Assembly (NCBI GenBank): GCA_951406725.2 | Contig: OX597814.1 | Span: 77,438,001-77,502,000, forward strand | DNA length: 64,000 nucleotides | DNA from: Octopus vulgaris | Taxonomy: Eukaryota | Direction: 5' to 3' | Part shown: in pieces, positions 12,881-26,204 of the stretch | Layout of the letters: the number at the start of each line of letters is the position of its first letter | Numbering within the stretch: position 1 is the stretch's first letter | Position numbers and translations under genes: made by a program | The notes under the pieces: model-generated | Databases searched by the model: none | What the model was told of the DNA's origin: nothing | The model's input: the letters and a program-made list of their open reading frames with translations, nothing else

Positions 12881-13658
12881 TAGTTCTCAGGATACAGCCA
12901 TAAAGAAAGGATCAGAGTATACAAAGGAACCATGAGGAAATTTGAAACTATTATACATAACGATAGGAATGGGATTTGCCCACTCTATAGGAGCAAGTCA
13001 TGTGTATACATACACATACTTTATTCAAATTATATTGAAAATAGAACGTATATGCAGAGTATTGTGTGTGCGTGCATGTAAAAGAGAGAAAATAAAAAAT
13101 AAAAGCAATAATCTCCATAGCTGGAACAATATTCCTAAATTATTTTATAATGTTTGCACAAATTAGAACAACTTATCACCATATCTACCTCCCCTCTCTC
13201 TCTCTTTTCCTCTTTCTTGCCTTCTTTCTCTCCCTCTCTCTTTTCCTCTTTCTCTTTCTCACACACGTACACAATGATTTGAAGATATCCCTGGTCTAAA
13301 CATCGCTTGGAATTCAAGCAATAAAATGGAAGTGTATATATGAATGGGAAGGAGAGACTAAGAACTAATGTTAAGATAATAAGCCTCCACCACCTCCAGC
13401 ATCATTACTATCATAATTATTGATTTGGATGGTTCCATTTAGCTCAAATTCAGTCATAAGTTGCATTATAAAAACAGCAAACAACAGCAATTAGCAAAGT
13501 AGCTGCATACAGCTTCTCATTCTGGACATACTGAGACTGCAGATAATAACAAATGCATGAGATGTTATTTCAGAACAAGTACTGCAGTAACTGATCTATC
13601 AACAAAGATGATTATTTTAAGATTATTGATACTTGTTTGTTGTATCTATTTTTTTTAG

Positions 13659-13751
13659 GTTCATCGCACACCAATACATTACAGTTTTGGGATATCAGAA
13701 AGCTTAATGAATCTTTTCCCTCAAGATGACTCAGATTTTGAAGTTGATGCG
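13659..13751 (+). CDS. Ankyrin-repeat protein, exon
   Basis: ttttttag| acceptor, |gtaagt donor, 93 nt, phase 0-0. Encodes VHRTPIHYSFGISESLMNLFPQDDSDFEVDA, completing the ankyrin motif KDN|VHRTPIHY. Confidence 0.85.
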
Positions 13752-15326
13752 GTAAGTTATATATTAGTGTATCCAAAGAAATATGATAGAATTCTTGCAA
13801 AATAGAATAATCAATTCTGGAGTTATGGAAACAGTGATGTACCTGTTTAAATGCCTTTAAACTGCTTAGATGCAGTTATTTGTTATGTATTACTATGCTC
13901 TAAATTTATATTGCACTAGTGACAACTTTTATCTTTTTCCCCTTCAGGGTCAATAAAATGATGATAGTCATATACTGACAAGCATATGGTCTATCAAATT
14001 AACTATATCCATTCCTAAATGATTTCTGGCTATGTTTTAATGTCAGAATTAATTTATTGCTTTCTTGTAGTGACAGAATTGAGATCTCTTTTCAAAAAAT
14101 TTATTAACAGAAATTGTAAGCTTTATGTCATCTTTGAAAGAAAATCATATCATTAGTGTTATGGACTTAATATCCAAATCCACAAGAATCCCTTTGGCAT
14201 TTCTAAACTATTTTCTCAAAGCTCAAAGCCTAAATCAGTCACAAGAGATTACCATTTCAATAATGTTTCACTTACTGTAGGAATACTGTAATAGATATTG
14301 AAACTAATATTTTAAAATTCCAGATATTCTTATCACCAAAATTTGATGTTTGTTGACCTAACATTCGAGAATGCGTTGTTAACCATGAATTCTCCCTCTC
14401 TTCCACACACACACAATAAAGACTTAGGAAATATTTTGATTTAGATATAACTTAGGCTTCAAAGAATAAACCAGACAGGCATGTGTGAACAGGTGACAGA
14501 CTAAATGAAGAGTTGGAGATCATCCTCTACTATTCCATTAATTACTCTTATTTATTAATTTATGTGGTTTCAGCTGACTCAAGTTTGGACATTACTAAAT
14601 CTATTTGATATATTTTTTAATATTTCTATAAAGGAAAATAATATTTGTTTTGGGTTCATTGCATTAAAGACTCATCTTCATGATGGATATAGAATAACAA
14701 ATTAAATAACTTTGCTAATTTACACTGATATTTCCAAATATAAATGGAATGTGAGCATGAACCATAAAGACTAAGAGACAGACCGGGAAAGACCCAAGGA
14801 AAGGGGCAGTGAAGAGCAATAATATAAAGTAGCTAGAAGAGAAGCTAGACATTAAATATTGATATACTTAACAAGGGAGGGTGCAGCCAAAAGTAAAAAG
14901 TTAACTAATGTTCTATAAAGGTATTCAACATACAAGAGAAGAATGAAATGCCATTGGAAAGGAGTGTGTAAGGAATGATAATGGCACACATGTTCTTACT
15001 GATGCCAAAAAGAAAGACAGGGAATTACTATTACAAGAAGTTTAGTTGCAAGAAGAGAGTGCATGGGGGAAAGAGAATCTTTCCAAAGTAGACTCAATAG
15101 AAAGATTAGCCATTCAAATTGACAGCAATATGTTAGCAAGTGCAGTTAAGGATTTGAAGGCAGGGAAGGTTGTTTGTCCATCAGAGTAATTATGGAATGG
15201 AATAAGCTAAACAAAATCTCTCCTGAGTAAATAAAAAATAATGATAGGGATAATTATTTCTAATTTAGGTGCAAGGCCTGATTTTTTTTGGGTGGGGAAG
15301 AATCTGAATGTGCCAAAATTTGAAAC

Positions 15327-15363
<37 letters not shown>

Positions 15364-15367
15364 TTTA

Positions 15368-15409
<42 letters not shown>

Positions 15410-15419
15410 TCCATTTCTC

Positions 15420-17030
15420 TTCTCAGAGCTCTCAATATCACATTCTCCAGTTAATTCTGTAAGAACAGACAACAACCAGACCAGTGGTCTGTAGTCTCAC
15501 AGGGTCTCTTTTCACAATACTCAACACCCAAATACAAATCTCAAGATTCTCAGTGTCCTCAATAAAGCAGTTTTCTGAGCATGTTCTACTTTCATGTCAA
15601 TCCCAATTTCTCCAACAAATTTTTCAAACCTAGTAGTTAATGCTCCCAATGTCCCTGCAGCTACTGGGATGACACTTATTCTCTTCATTGCCCACATTCA
15701 TACAATTTCATCTTTTAGTGCCTTGTATTTCTCAGTCTTTTCCAGCTCTTTGTCACCCACTCACACATTGTCAGGTATGGCAGAATCTGTGATCCTGGTT
15801 TCCTTCATCCCTTAATCCTCTACAACAATGTCTGGTCTCCAAGCATCAATCACTGAATCATACTGAATTGTAAAATCCCATAAGATCTTCTGCTTGTTTT
15901 TCTCAGTGATGCCTTCTGGTTTATGCTTGTATCATTTCAATGTCCTTTCAAGACTTCTCACACAGTCTCCAGTGAGCAAACTTCACCATGTTATCATGCC
16001 TCCGTTTGTATTCCTTTTGGACCAGTTTGCTAACTCACTCATGACATGTGAAATTGTTTTGTTTTTACTGCTATACATCCTACAAAAGGGTGATTCACTA
16101 CTCTTATCCATTTGGAACTTAGTGTAATTAGTTCTCAAAGCTTGTTCCTGGGTACTGCATATCAATGCCTCAGTGCATCTTTTCAGACCACTATTTCTTA
16201 GCCATCTCCAGATGTTGGTCTTGTCTTTCCCTTCAATTTCTCTGAGGTATTTCCTATGCATCATTTTCATTTTCCAGCTCTTCAATCTTTGTTCTCCATC
16301 TTGTTTCTTAAATTCTTTTGGGTAAGTTGCATTTTCACTCAGTGTCATGTTGCTCTTTCTAATAGCAACAAACAAAGGTTTGATATACCATCCCAGACTG
16401 TTTTCCTCATTGACAACACAGACCTAGAATCTAATAAGACCTCTTCCTCCCTTGTATCTAGGTAAACACAGTCTATCAGTATCGCTTTTAAGTTGCAGTT
16501 CCTTGTTCACTGTCATCACTTTCCAGGTTTTTCTATCCATTCTCTCAAGCTCAATCTTTGTCCACCTAACAACACCTGTGCTGTATCGCATCACGGAGAC
16601 AACCCATGTATTCATTGCCCTGATCTTGTTCTTTCCCTTGAGTTTACTTTCTATAATTAATTTGGGTATTCTGAGGTATTCTCGCCTAAAACTTTCCTTC
16701 ATCTCATTATCTCATTCTCCTTGATTTTGTCATACTCCAAAATACCCAGATACTTATATCCATCCACCTCAACACCATCAAATGACACTACTTTGCCTAT
16801 TTTTATGATAAGCATGCCACACTTTATAATCCCAAATTTCATCCCAATATCTTTACTGAATATCTGCTGTGTTGAGACCAGACCATTTATTTCATGTTCG
16901 ATCTTACCAAAAATTTTAAAGGCATCCATATAGAATAGATAATTTAACTTTTTCCAAGGTGTATCCTGATGTCACTTTCTATATTTGTGTGAGGGGTATC
17001 ATACAAATCACAAACACGACAACAACAACA
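15420..17030 (-). mobile_element. R4/Dong-clade non-LTR retrotransposon (RT C-terminus + RLE), decayed, inserted in (TAA)n
   Basis: YKYLGI, GGRGL, TEALICSTQEQAL, CRM..K.KTISHV and KILWDF..Q..RPDIVV. (ATT)n arrays lie on both sides (15327-15408, 17031-17120), and Dong elements are known to target TAA repeats. Confidence 0.85.
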
Positions 17031-17096
<66 letters not shown>

Positions 17097-17291
17097 TATT
17101 ATTATTATTATTATTATTATATTTTTAGTCGTAGATGTAGTTTTCTCTACTTTGTTCGTTTCAATAGATCAGAGAATAAAGACAGTTCTTTAAGCCAGAA
17201 TATGAAGAAGACTTTGTAAGTGAGAGGAGTCAACAATCTCAACAAATTACTTATTATGCAATAATATTTTTTCAATCTTATTTTTCAACAG

Positions 17292-17429
17292 TTGAACAAA
17301 GCACCAAAAGATTACTTAGAAGACCCAACAGATATCCTTGCTTTAAGGAAAGAAGATATGATTGCTCCTGATAATGTAGTAGAGAACTTAAATGCAGAGT
17401 TTGATGATGCAAAAAATGACAGTGACTGA
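17292..17429 (+). CDS. Ankyrin-repeat protein, terminal coding exon
   Basis: ttttcaacag| acceptor, phase 0. Encodes LNKAPKDYLEDPTDILALRKEDMIAPDNVVENLNAEFDDAKNDSD*. Confidence 0.8.
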   Translation: MNKAPKDYLEDPTDILALRKEDMIAPDNVVENLNAEFDDAKNDSD

Positions 17430-17472
17430 AGAATGTAGTTAACAGTTACTCATTAATATGAATGACTGAACA

Positions 17473-17478
17473 AATAAA
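17473..17478 (+). terminator. Candidate polyadenylation signal of the ankyrin gene
   Basis: AATAAA 44 nt after the stop codon. Confidence 0.45.
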
Positions 17479-17585
17479 ATCATTCCAATGAAACATAAAT
17501 TATTTTATTAATTATTCTACTGGGTGATTCAAAAGTCTCTTTGTCATTACAACTAACATTAGTTCAGGTCACTTGAGCTTCATAT

Positions 17586-18235
17586 CCCTTTAGCATTTAA
17601 ACTGGACATATCCAACCTAAATATTCTACCTGTTCTATATTCAAACCAGCTAAAACCAGACTCTCATACTTACCCTACAATGTCATTCTAAAAATGAAAA
17701 ATCACATCATCAAAACCTTAAGGCTACAAGATAATACATGATTAATTCAAAACAATGTGAATAAATAAGTATTACCTTTGACCAAGTAATCTGAATGCTA
17801 TAGTTAATGTACATCTTATTTCTCCCTCACACAGCCTCCATCAATCACCTCACTGCATTCATTAATAGCCACCTCAACTGCAGTCTCCTCCACCAATGAC
17901 TGCTACAGCTTAGAGATTCCAGGATAGCTGGTCTACTGCCAACTGTCTGGATTGCCCCAGGCAGTTGAACTACCATTATAGTGCACCATTTTTGGACAAT
18001 GAATATTCTCTCATCTATAACCCTTTAACATTTGAGCTATCAAGCTCAAACATTCTACCTGGTTTTATGTTTGAACTGGCCAGATTCAGCCTTTCACGCT
18101 TACTTTACAATATCATTCTAAAAATAAACAGTCACATCATTAAAATCTTGAAACAACAAGATCGTGCATGATCAATTTGAAACAATATGTATCAGTAAGT
18201 ATTACATTTTATAGAGTAATCTGAATGCTAAAGGG
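17586..18235 (+). mobile_element. Two copies of a ~220-bp piggyBac-type MITE (17586-17806, 18021-18235)
   Basis: CCCTTTA...TAAAGGG termini. Same family as 21283-21501 and 63488-63706, which have TTAA target-site duplications. Confidence 0.75.
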
Positions 18236-19029
18236 CTAAATAACATTTTCTACAATATATAAACGAGATAAATAAGTCAAAATATATTCACAACAAAAAA
18301 GCAAGAATACTGTTAAAATGCAGAAAAAGATTGTAGCAAAGTAAAAAATTTTTTAAATCGTGTCATTTAAATGCGAAAAGGACTTCTGAATGACTCTGTA
18401 TAATAACTAAAAATAACATGAAATTGTGAGATATTTCGTAAACTTAAGAATAGTACACTAAACTGATAAATTATTTGGTATAGTTTTGCAACAGGAAAAA
18501 AAAAAATGTGTGTGTCTGTGTGTGTGTATAGCTGTCTGTGAATACTACATAAATCCTGAAGCAATTCATAAAAATTAATTATTTCAATGTTTTTAACCAG
18601 TTTCCATTTACACATACATGCACAAATCTCTTTCTTTCCGTCTTTCTCCCTTCTAAACACTATTTTTATTCACTAGCAAAAGTTTTAAAAGAGACAGTTT
18701 ATTTCTTGGAGTTAAATGCCACTCCCAATGCCTATAATTTCTTTATTTTGTGTACATTAAAACAAGAAAAGTCATGTGCGTTGATCTTTTATTATACAAA
18801 TAAAATTTCAGACCTTTGATGAGTATACTTACTGAAATATTTCTTGGGTAGCAATTATTGTGATTTGTTTTGGTAAATATTACAATAATGTTAAAGAGAA
18901 ACAATAATTAAAAATAATAACCCAAAAAAACAAAATGAATAAAAAGCAAATAAAAATTATAGGTACCTCCTTGTGCTATATCCCAAATTTATCAAGTGCA
19001 CATTGTTAATAACATGAGAAACAAACTTC

Positions 19030-19820
19030 TGCTTTGAGTACATAGACAAGATTTCCAGCTCTGAGCATGGAGAAGCTGAAGGCAAGTATATTTGACAGGC
19101 TACAGATCAGAGAACTCATGAAAGGCCCACATTTCCAAGATTCAATTTAGAATACTAAGGTAGATGCATGGTCTTCATTCACTTTGTAAGAAATTTTCTT
19201 GGAAGCTATAAAGCAGATAACTACTTTGAACAAGTAGAGAACATGCTCTCTTCTTTCTATTGACTTGGCTGGATAGTAGGAGCATCAAAGTGCATTACCT
19301 CCACAACCACTTGGATTATTTCCCAGACAACCTTGGTGATCGAAGCGATGAACAAGGTAAATGATTCTACCAAGATTTAACAATTATGGAAGAAAAATGT
19401 CATGGACACCGGGAAACCCATGTGATGGTAGACTACTTCTGGACCTTTCAACATGATTGCTCTGGGGCAGCTCCCACAGGAAGTTTCTGAGATGCTACTT
19501 CTGTGAGATGTCTGAGTAAATGAACATGGTATCACTGGTAACTTTCTATGCTTGTTTTCATCCATTCTATGGATGTAATTTAATCATAAACATATTCTTT
19601 ATATGAAGCCACTTTTTTTTTTATCCAAAAGGTGACAGTAAAGATTTGTAGTTATCAATCCTTGTGTCCAATTGGTTGTTTGTATTGCAATTAGTGGGTA
19701 TAATATATCTTGATAACCAGAGCTGATGAAGAAAAACTGATGGTACATTTAGAATCAGCAACCAAAATTTACCTAAAAACAAGTTGAATATATCAGGTGC
19801 CAAATTCTGTGTTCTCCTGC
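19030..19820 (+). mobile_element. Chapaev3-like (CMC) DNA transposon remnant, transposase C-terminus and 3' end
   Basis: With stops and frameshifts: FPALSMEKLKASIFDRLQIRELMK...NFLGSYKADNY...SIKVHYLHNHLDYFPDNLGDRSDEQGK*FYQDL..MVDYFW. This matches the 'HFLHSHLDFFP..SDEHGERFHQ..MLADYCW' transposase signature; the superfamily assignment is from memory. Confidence 0.7.
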
Positions 19821-19931
19821 AATACTGACTTTTATGTTTTTATATTCAAACCAATATTTTACAATTCCTACATTTTCTGCAGATCATTGACAACCTCTGT
19901 AAGTGAACTACTCAGTGTGTGTATGTGTGTT

Positions 19932-19968
<37 letters not shown>

Positions 19969-20547
19969 TTGTGTTTGTGTGTGTGTGCGTGCATGTGTGT
20001 GCATTGGCATGGAATAAACAAAAATTAGTTCTGAGTTGTTCTTTTTAAGATCGACCTGTCTTTCACCCCATGTAAGATCAATCAAATAAGTACCAAACGA
20101 TGTACTGGGTATGATATAATCAACTAAAACTTTTAAAAGCAGTGCCCCAGCATTGTCATAAGTCCATTAATTGAAATCATTTTATTGTTGTTTGTTTCAG
20201 TCATTGGACTGTGGCTACGCTGGGGTACTGCTTTGAATGGTTTAGCTGAACAAATCCCCTGGCCCTGTACTTTTGGAGTCTGATACTTATTCTATCAGTC
20301 TCCTGCTGAACTGCTAAGTTACAAGGATGTACAAAAACAACCACCAGCTGTTAAGCAGTAATGAGAGTGGGGGACAAACACAAACACACACACACACACC
20401 TGTATCTGAGGCCATGTGGTTGCAAAACAAGCTTCTTAATCACTCAGCTATACCTGCACCTAACTGGTAAAAACAAATGATAATAAAAAGACTACTAATC
20501 ACAAGAATTTAATATTACAATTTAATACTGGTATAATTTAAACTCAC

Positions 20548-21098
20548 CTCTAAGTTTGCTTGTTTTATTATTAAGTCTGTTTTGTGACACATTATTACCA
20601 GACTTATTTATTTTTTCACACCATTCTTTATACGTTTCTCTAGCTTTCTCTTGACGTAGTTTGTGTAATGATTCTTCTTCTTTCTTCTTTTGGGTTTCAA
20701 TCTTTTTTTTAGTTTTCTCAAGCATTTTCTTCTTATCAAGCCACTGTTTAAAGTTAACTTCAGACTTTTCAGCAATTTCTTGTTTTCTGACAGCTTCCTG
20801 TTTCTTCTTTTCAATATATTCTCGTCTTTCTTGACAAATGTGCAATCTTTCTGCTTTAGCTTTCTCTTCAAGCCACTTATACCGAGAAAGGTTAATTTGG
20901 ATTTTTTTTTCTTCCAAAGCTTGTGCCTCTCTGATTTTGGCAATTTTCTTCATTTTCTTTTGTTCTTCTTGTTTGATAGTGATGTCTCGTTCTTCTTTTA
21001 TTTTCATAAGTAACCACTTTTCCCAAGGTGTCAGGGGACGTGGTAATTTTTCATTGCTTGATGAGAGACAAACTGATTGACTTCCACTTGGGACAAAA
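20548..21098 (-). CDS. CCDC34: Coiled-coil domain-containing protein 34, coding exon 2
   Basis: ttctttgacag| acceptor (phase 2) and g|gtgagt donor. Encodes ...PLTPWEKWLLMKIKEER...YKWLEEK...FKQWLDKK...YKEWCEK..KLRG, matching the CCDC34 LTPWExW motif and periodic W-containing coiled coil. Confidence 0.85.
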
Positions 21099-21282
21099 CT
21101 GTCAAAGAATAATTAAAGAAATAAACATAATCAAGTTTAGTGCATAATATTTTTTAATATCTATAATATCATTACAAACTGATTTTGCTTCCTTTCTCTG
21201 AGCAATACTTCATTTTCAGTCCAGTATATATATTAGCATGGAATATTGAAGTAAGTTGTTTTACATCGTTATATTTTCTTAA

Positions 21283-21501
21283 CCCTTTAGCATTCAAACT
21301 GACAATATCTGACCAAAATATTCTGCCTGTTTTATACTGAAACTGGCCAGAGCTGGCCTTTCACCTCAACCCTACAATGTTATTCTAAAACTATGTAAAC
21401 ACATCATCAAAATCTCAAAGCTATGAGATAATTCATGATTAATTCAAAGCAAAAAAAATAAACAAACGCACATTTGACAGAATAATCTGAATGCTAAATA
21501 G
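21283..21501 (+). mobile_element. piggyBac-type MITE
   Basis: TTAA|CCCTTTAG start with TTAA at 21502-21505. Confidence 0.75.
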
Positions 21502-21569
21502 TTAATGCTGACTAAATTACAGTATGAGTACCATAGTTGTCAAACTATGGTGCACGTGTTTTTGTTTAT

Positions 21570-22027
21570 GTTTGTGAAGAAGGTCATCACTTTCCGTAAA
21601 ATTTTTATTATTCTTTTTATATATGTGAGGTATGGGGGAAGGGTATCTTTTCAAGTCGGCGTAAAAGCAAAAGAGACAGAGAGAGCGCAATTGGATCGGG
21701 AAGGTTCTTTTGAAGTTGGTGGGCCATCTGTGTGTGTGTGTGTTTGTGTGTATGTGTGTGTGTCACTGAAGCCATACATACATACATAACAACCTGCATG
21801 TGTGTCACTAAAGCCATTCATACATACATATATAACCTCTCTCTCTCTTTCACTTTTTCTCTGTCAATCACTCACACATTCACTCACTACAAAAAGTGAA
21901 TTTAAAAATTTCAGTTATCTCTCTCTCACATACACACACAGCAGCAACATTACTCTGTCTGTCTCTTCACACACACTAACAACAGCACTTCACATACACG
22001 CCACACTTTCTGTCTCGCACACCCCAT

Positions 22028-22061
<34 letters not shown>

Positions 22062-22079
22062 CTCTCTCTCTCACACACA

Positions 22080-22112
<33 letters not shown>

Positions 22113-22295
22113 GTGTGTGCATGCGCACATCAATTCTTCCGATTCACGCCAATTTCAAAAGGACTTCCCTCATACAATCGCACTTTCTCTGTCTCTTTCA
22201 CTTTCACACTGACTTCAAAAGATCCCCGTTCCCCCAAACCTATATGTAAAAAAATAATTTTTTTTTACGGAAACCTACGATCATCTTCACAAATG
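21570..22295. mobile_element. Foldback/MITE with ~150-bp imperfect terminal inverted repeats and a microsatellite-rich interior
   Basis: 21570-21725 (TTTGTGAAGA..TTTCCGTAAAA..GGGGGAAGGG.ATCTTTT.AAGTC) is the reverse complement of ~22145-22295. Confidence 0.65.
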
Positions 22296-23079
22296 TAGAT
22301 AAACACACATAGTTTATAAGTGACAGTCATGTGACCAGTATCGTAAGATCGCCATCGCCATTAATGCTAAATAACTTCAGTGGGAACTGAGATCTGTTTT
22401 ACATTTTACTGAGCAGCAAGGGAATGATGTTCTTATCTAACAACTAAAATGAAAATCCTTATTCTTTGTTTGTTTGTTTTTTTTCCTATTTTCCGGTGGT
22501 AAAAAAGGGAAGATAAAATAAATATGAAACTACTGAAGCTATAAAATATGTAATTGTTATTAAGTATCCAATGCTCAAAAAAGATAAATAGAACTAATTA
22601 CTCAGTCATTTTGAACCCTGTAATATTTTTTTGTACTGCCTTCAGGAAAAGAGCACATAGTTTCTAACAGGTATTAACAACATAAGAGAAATGAAATAGC
22701 TAAAATCTAGAATAAAACCTGTGTAACTGACTCAGTACATTGATAGTTTATTTCCTGCTTTAGCTAAGAAAAGCAACAGATCTCTAAAATCTACAATAGT
22801 CTATGTCATTATAGCCATAACACTCAAATTATTCTGTCAAATGTAAATCACATTGTTTTGATGATGTGACTACTTTTAGAATGACATTTTTGGGTAGATA
22901 TGAGAGGCTGCATGTGGGTGGTTTGTACATAGAGCAAGTAGAATACTTAGATTGGATATGGTCAGTTTAAATACTAAAGAGATAAATTATTGGAAATTAT
23001 TCCTTGAATTAGTAAAGTTGTTGATTTCAACTATAGAATGTACAGATTCAATGTTGGTTAACAGGAGAATATTTTTTTT

Positions 23080-23372
23080 CATTGCTGGTGCCATGTAAAA
23101 AGCATCCAGTCCACACTGTAAAGTGGTTGGCACTTGGAAGGGCACCCAGTTGTAAAAACCATGCCAAAACTGATCTCACTTGTGCTCGTGCCACGTAAAA
23201 TGCACTGTCCGCTCTGCGGAGTGGTTGGTGTTAGGAAGGGCATCCAGTCATAAAAACCATGCCAAAACACATAATAGCCTGGAGTAGTCTTCTACCAGGC
23301 TGGCTCTTGACAAACCGTCCAACCCATGCCAACATGGAAGGCAGATGTTGATGATGATGACCATGATCATGA
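23080..23372 (+). mobile_element. RTE-family 3'UTR fragment with (GAT)n tail
   Basis: GGAGTGGTTGG.GTTAGGAAGGGCATCCAG...CCAACCCATGCCAACATGGAAG..GATGATGATG. Confidence 0.75.
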
Positions 23373-24251
23373 TGAAGTTAGCATGTATGTACATGCATAC
23401 ACACATGCACAAATTTTTAATCTTACCACACACTAACATCTGTCAACTGAGTTTTATTGAGCCATGTCTTTACAACATTTTAAAAAACAAATAATATACA
23501 CTGGGAAAGAAATAAAACTCTATCCATTAGTTGGACATGGAAAAATTTGTGCTTCTTTTTGTATCTACCCTATTTTGTTTAGTTCCCACATATTGTTTCA
23601 TGAAAAACTACAATATTTCATCTCCAAATAGTAATTTTCCCCATGATAGCTGTAAGTAATAAAGTTGTCATATCATTAAAAATAGTCCACAGAATCAATG
23701 TTCCTAGCAATGTTGTTTAATTTCCTAATACAAAGTGTGATTTTTTTTTTCTGATAGAATATGAAAATACAGAAAATAAAAGGTGTCAGTCATCTCAACA
23801 GTATAACAAATGTTTCTTTTTCAATACAACTCCTATCTCTGTCTCTCTCATTTACTCTCCATGAATAGTACATATACTCTACAACTGAAACATTTTCCTT
23901 GGCTACTTACCCTCCAGTACAAATAGAACAAACCAACTGAATAGTTACCTCTATTGCAACAAAGCAAATTGATTTTTTTGAACAGATGTTACATGAAATG
24001 ATATGGTTATGAAATTTTTTGAAGTGAAAAAGTCAAAAAATTACTGTTGTGATTAGATTACTAAATTCTACTTAGCTTAAAACTCCTTAGAGTTAACAAA
24101 CATTTGAGATATATTTGACCATATTCATTGCTGTTTACTGTTGTGAATAAAACCTCTATACTGATCAAATATGTTTGACACACATTTGGTCTGTTTACTC
24201 ACAACACTGTTTTCACACACCTACTACAACATATTTAGAGAAAGCTCATAC

Positions 24252-24613
24252 CTGGATCTCTCTTCATCAACATTTGAAATACAAATATCATGGAAATCTT
24301 TCGATATATCTTCAATGAAAGAGTTTCTACTTTCTTCTTTTTCTTTCAACAACTCAGAGAACATTTGGTTTTCTCTCTGATTTCTAGGTTGCAACAACTC
24401 ATGACTAAAACATACTGTGTTTTCTCTTCTATTGTGAAAGTTCTTCTCTGATATTTGGCCATCTTCAGATTCATAGCTGTCATGATCCAATATTGATAGT
24501 AAAGAAGCTGTTGAGCCAATTGAATCTAGAGAATTGTTCCTTTCTCTTACATATTGTAATTTCATCCAATCTGGCTTGGTAACAGTAGTTGTTACAGGCT
24601 GAGGGCGTGCCAT
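24252..24613 (-). CDS. CCDC34: CCDC34, first coding exon
   Basis: ATG lies 8 nt after a strong acceptor (ttttttccctctctttcag|, exon starts 24621). 'STASLLSILDHDSY' resembles the CCDC34 N-terminal 'STRSLLSPLGHQSF'. The donor ag|gtatga is phase 2 and joins exon 21098 in frame. Confidence 0.85.
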
Positions 24614-24824
24614 CTAAATCACTGAAAGAGAGGGAAAAAATCACAGTAATTATAAATCTTCTGAACCATTTTAATATGATTAAAACCTAGCATATTTTCA
24701 ATCTTCAAAATTAATAACAAAATGCAAAAGCATGATTAATGACAATAGGTTGGAGTATAAGTAAAAGTGAGATGAGTGGCAAAATAAACAGAGCCAGATA
24801 AATGCCTTCATATTTAGTTGGAAT

Positions 24825-25420
24825 TTACAAAAAACAAAAGACGAAGACAGGTGTATTAGTTTAATGCTCAGGTAAGAAAGTCTTTCATGTTTCGAGCCTA
24901 CACTCTTCAACAGAAAGGAACACGAGAAAATAAACAGAGAGAGAATAAAAAAAGCTTTAGCGGCTAGCGGTCAATCATGGTGGCTGGTTGGACAAAGGTG
25001 GTCAGACAGGAGAGCTAGGAAGAAGGGGAGATAATAAAGTAGTGGTGATCCCAAAACAAAGGTGCGTATGTACGTGAGACTGTGTAAGTGTATGCATGTG
25101 GATAGGGGCTGGTGACCTTGATGTGTGAATGAGTGCATAAGTGTGTGCATCTGTCATGTGTGGGTGTGTGGATGGTGGTGTGGATGCAGGGAAGTGGTCA
25201 GTGCTAGTGTGTGCAGGGTGGTGTGATGTGGTGCAGTGGTGTGGGTGCTGGGAAGTGGTCAGTGCTAGTGTGTGTGAGGTGGTGCGATGTGGTGGTGGTG
25301 TGGTGATGTGTGGTGTGTTGTGTTGTGTTGTGGTGGTGTGGTGTGGTGGTGTGGTGATGTGTGGTGTGGCATAATGTGGTGTGGTATAATGTGGTGTTGG
25401 CGTGGGGGGGATGCGGGGGG
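24825..25420 (-). mobile_element. Penelope-like pLTR fragment with degenerate HHR (24882-24917) and (TGGTG)-rich tract
   Basis: Homologous to 35715-35905. Minus strand reads CTTT-CTGTTGA-AGAGTGTAGGCTC-GAAACATG-AAAG. Confidence 0.55.
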
Positions 25421-26161
25421 GTCCATCTATGTTCTTTGAATTTTATCCCTCTGGTAATGATAAAATGAAAGTTAGGCATGTAAAGGAATAATTTCAATCA
25501 ACTAAATGCCCCTCTTACAAATTGTGATATTCTGTGAAAGAAAGGAATTGTCCTTTTATTCCTCCACTTCCTCATCTCTATTTATTATAATTAAAGCAGC
25601 AAGCAAGGCCACAGTCTAATGACTGAGACAAGTAAAAAATAAAAGATATGCACACACACATCAATATATATAATATGCTATGTGTTTTCCTACATATGTT
25701 TTTTTTTGTGAATAACAGTTTAGCATTTGAAGCTGTTGATTTTGTTCCATTCTGCAAGATTTACTTTATAAATCATATGACACGAGCTGGAGTCATTCTG
25801 TTTATTTTTTGTATTAGTCTTATAATGCTTACTGAAACAGTTTGAAGTTTTCTAAATTATCCAACAGTGTTTCTACTTTCTTGCTGTAAAAATGTCTTTA
25901 CTTAATTCTGTTTGTCTTCTGTATTTGGAAGTTCATTCTGCTTAATTAATCTTATCCTAAATATAATAAAATGCAATGCATTTCACACTAGTCACACTGG
26001 TTGAGAGAAACTAAAACAACAAACGGTGTGGGAGTGAGTGATAGTCAGAAATGCTAAATGCAGGTGAACTGTAATGAGTTGTTTTGCTCTGAAGTCACTG
26101 ATATTTTAATCAAAATGAAACTAAATTTATATCACAAATTAGCTTTATTTTATCAATTTCA

Positions 26162-26204
<43 letters not shown>

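Noticed and set aside
17933-17985. Minus-strand HYNGSSTAWGNPDSWQ as the missing CCDC34 C-terminus
   Set aside because: The resemblance to YSGNS..NPIPW is weak, and no phase-compatible acceptor was found.
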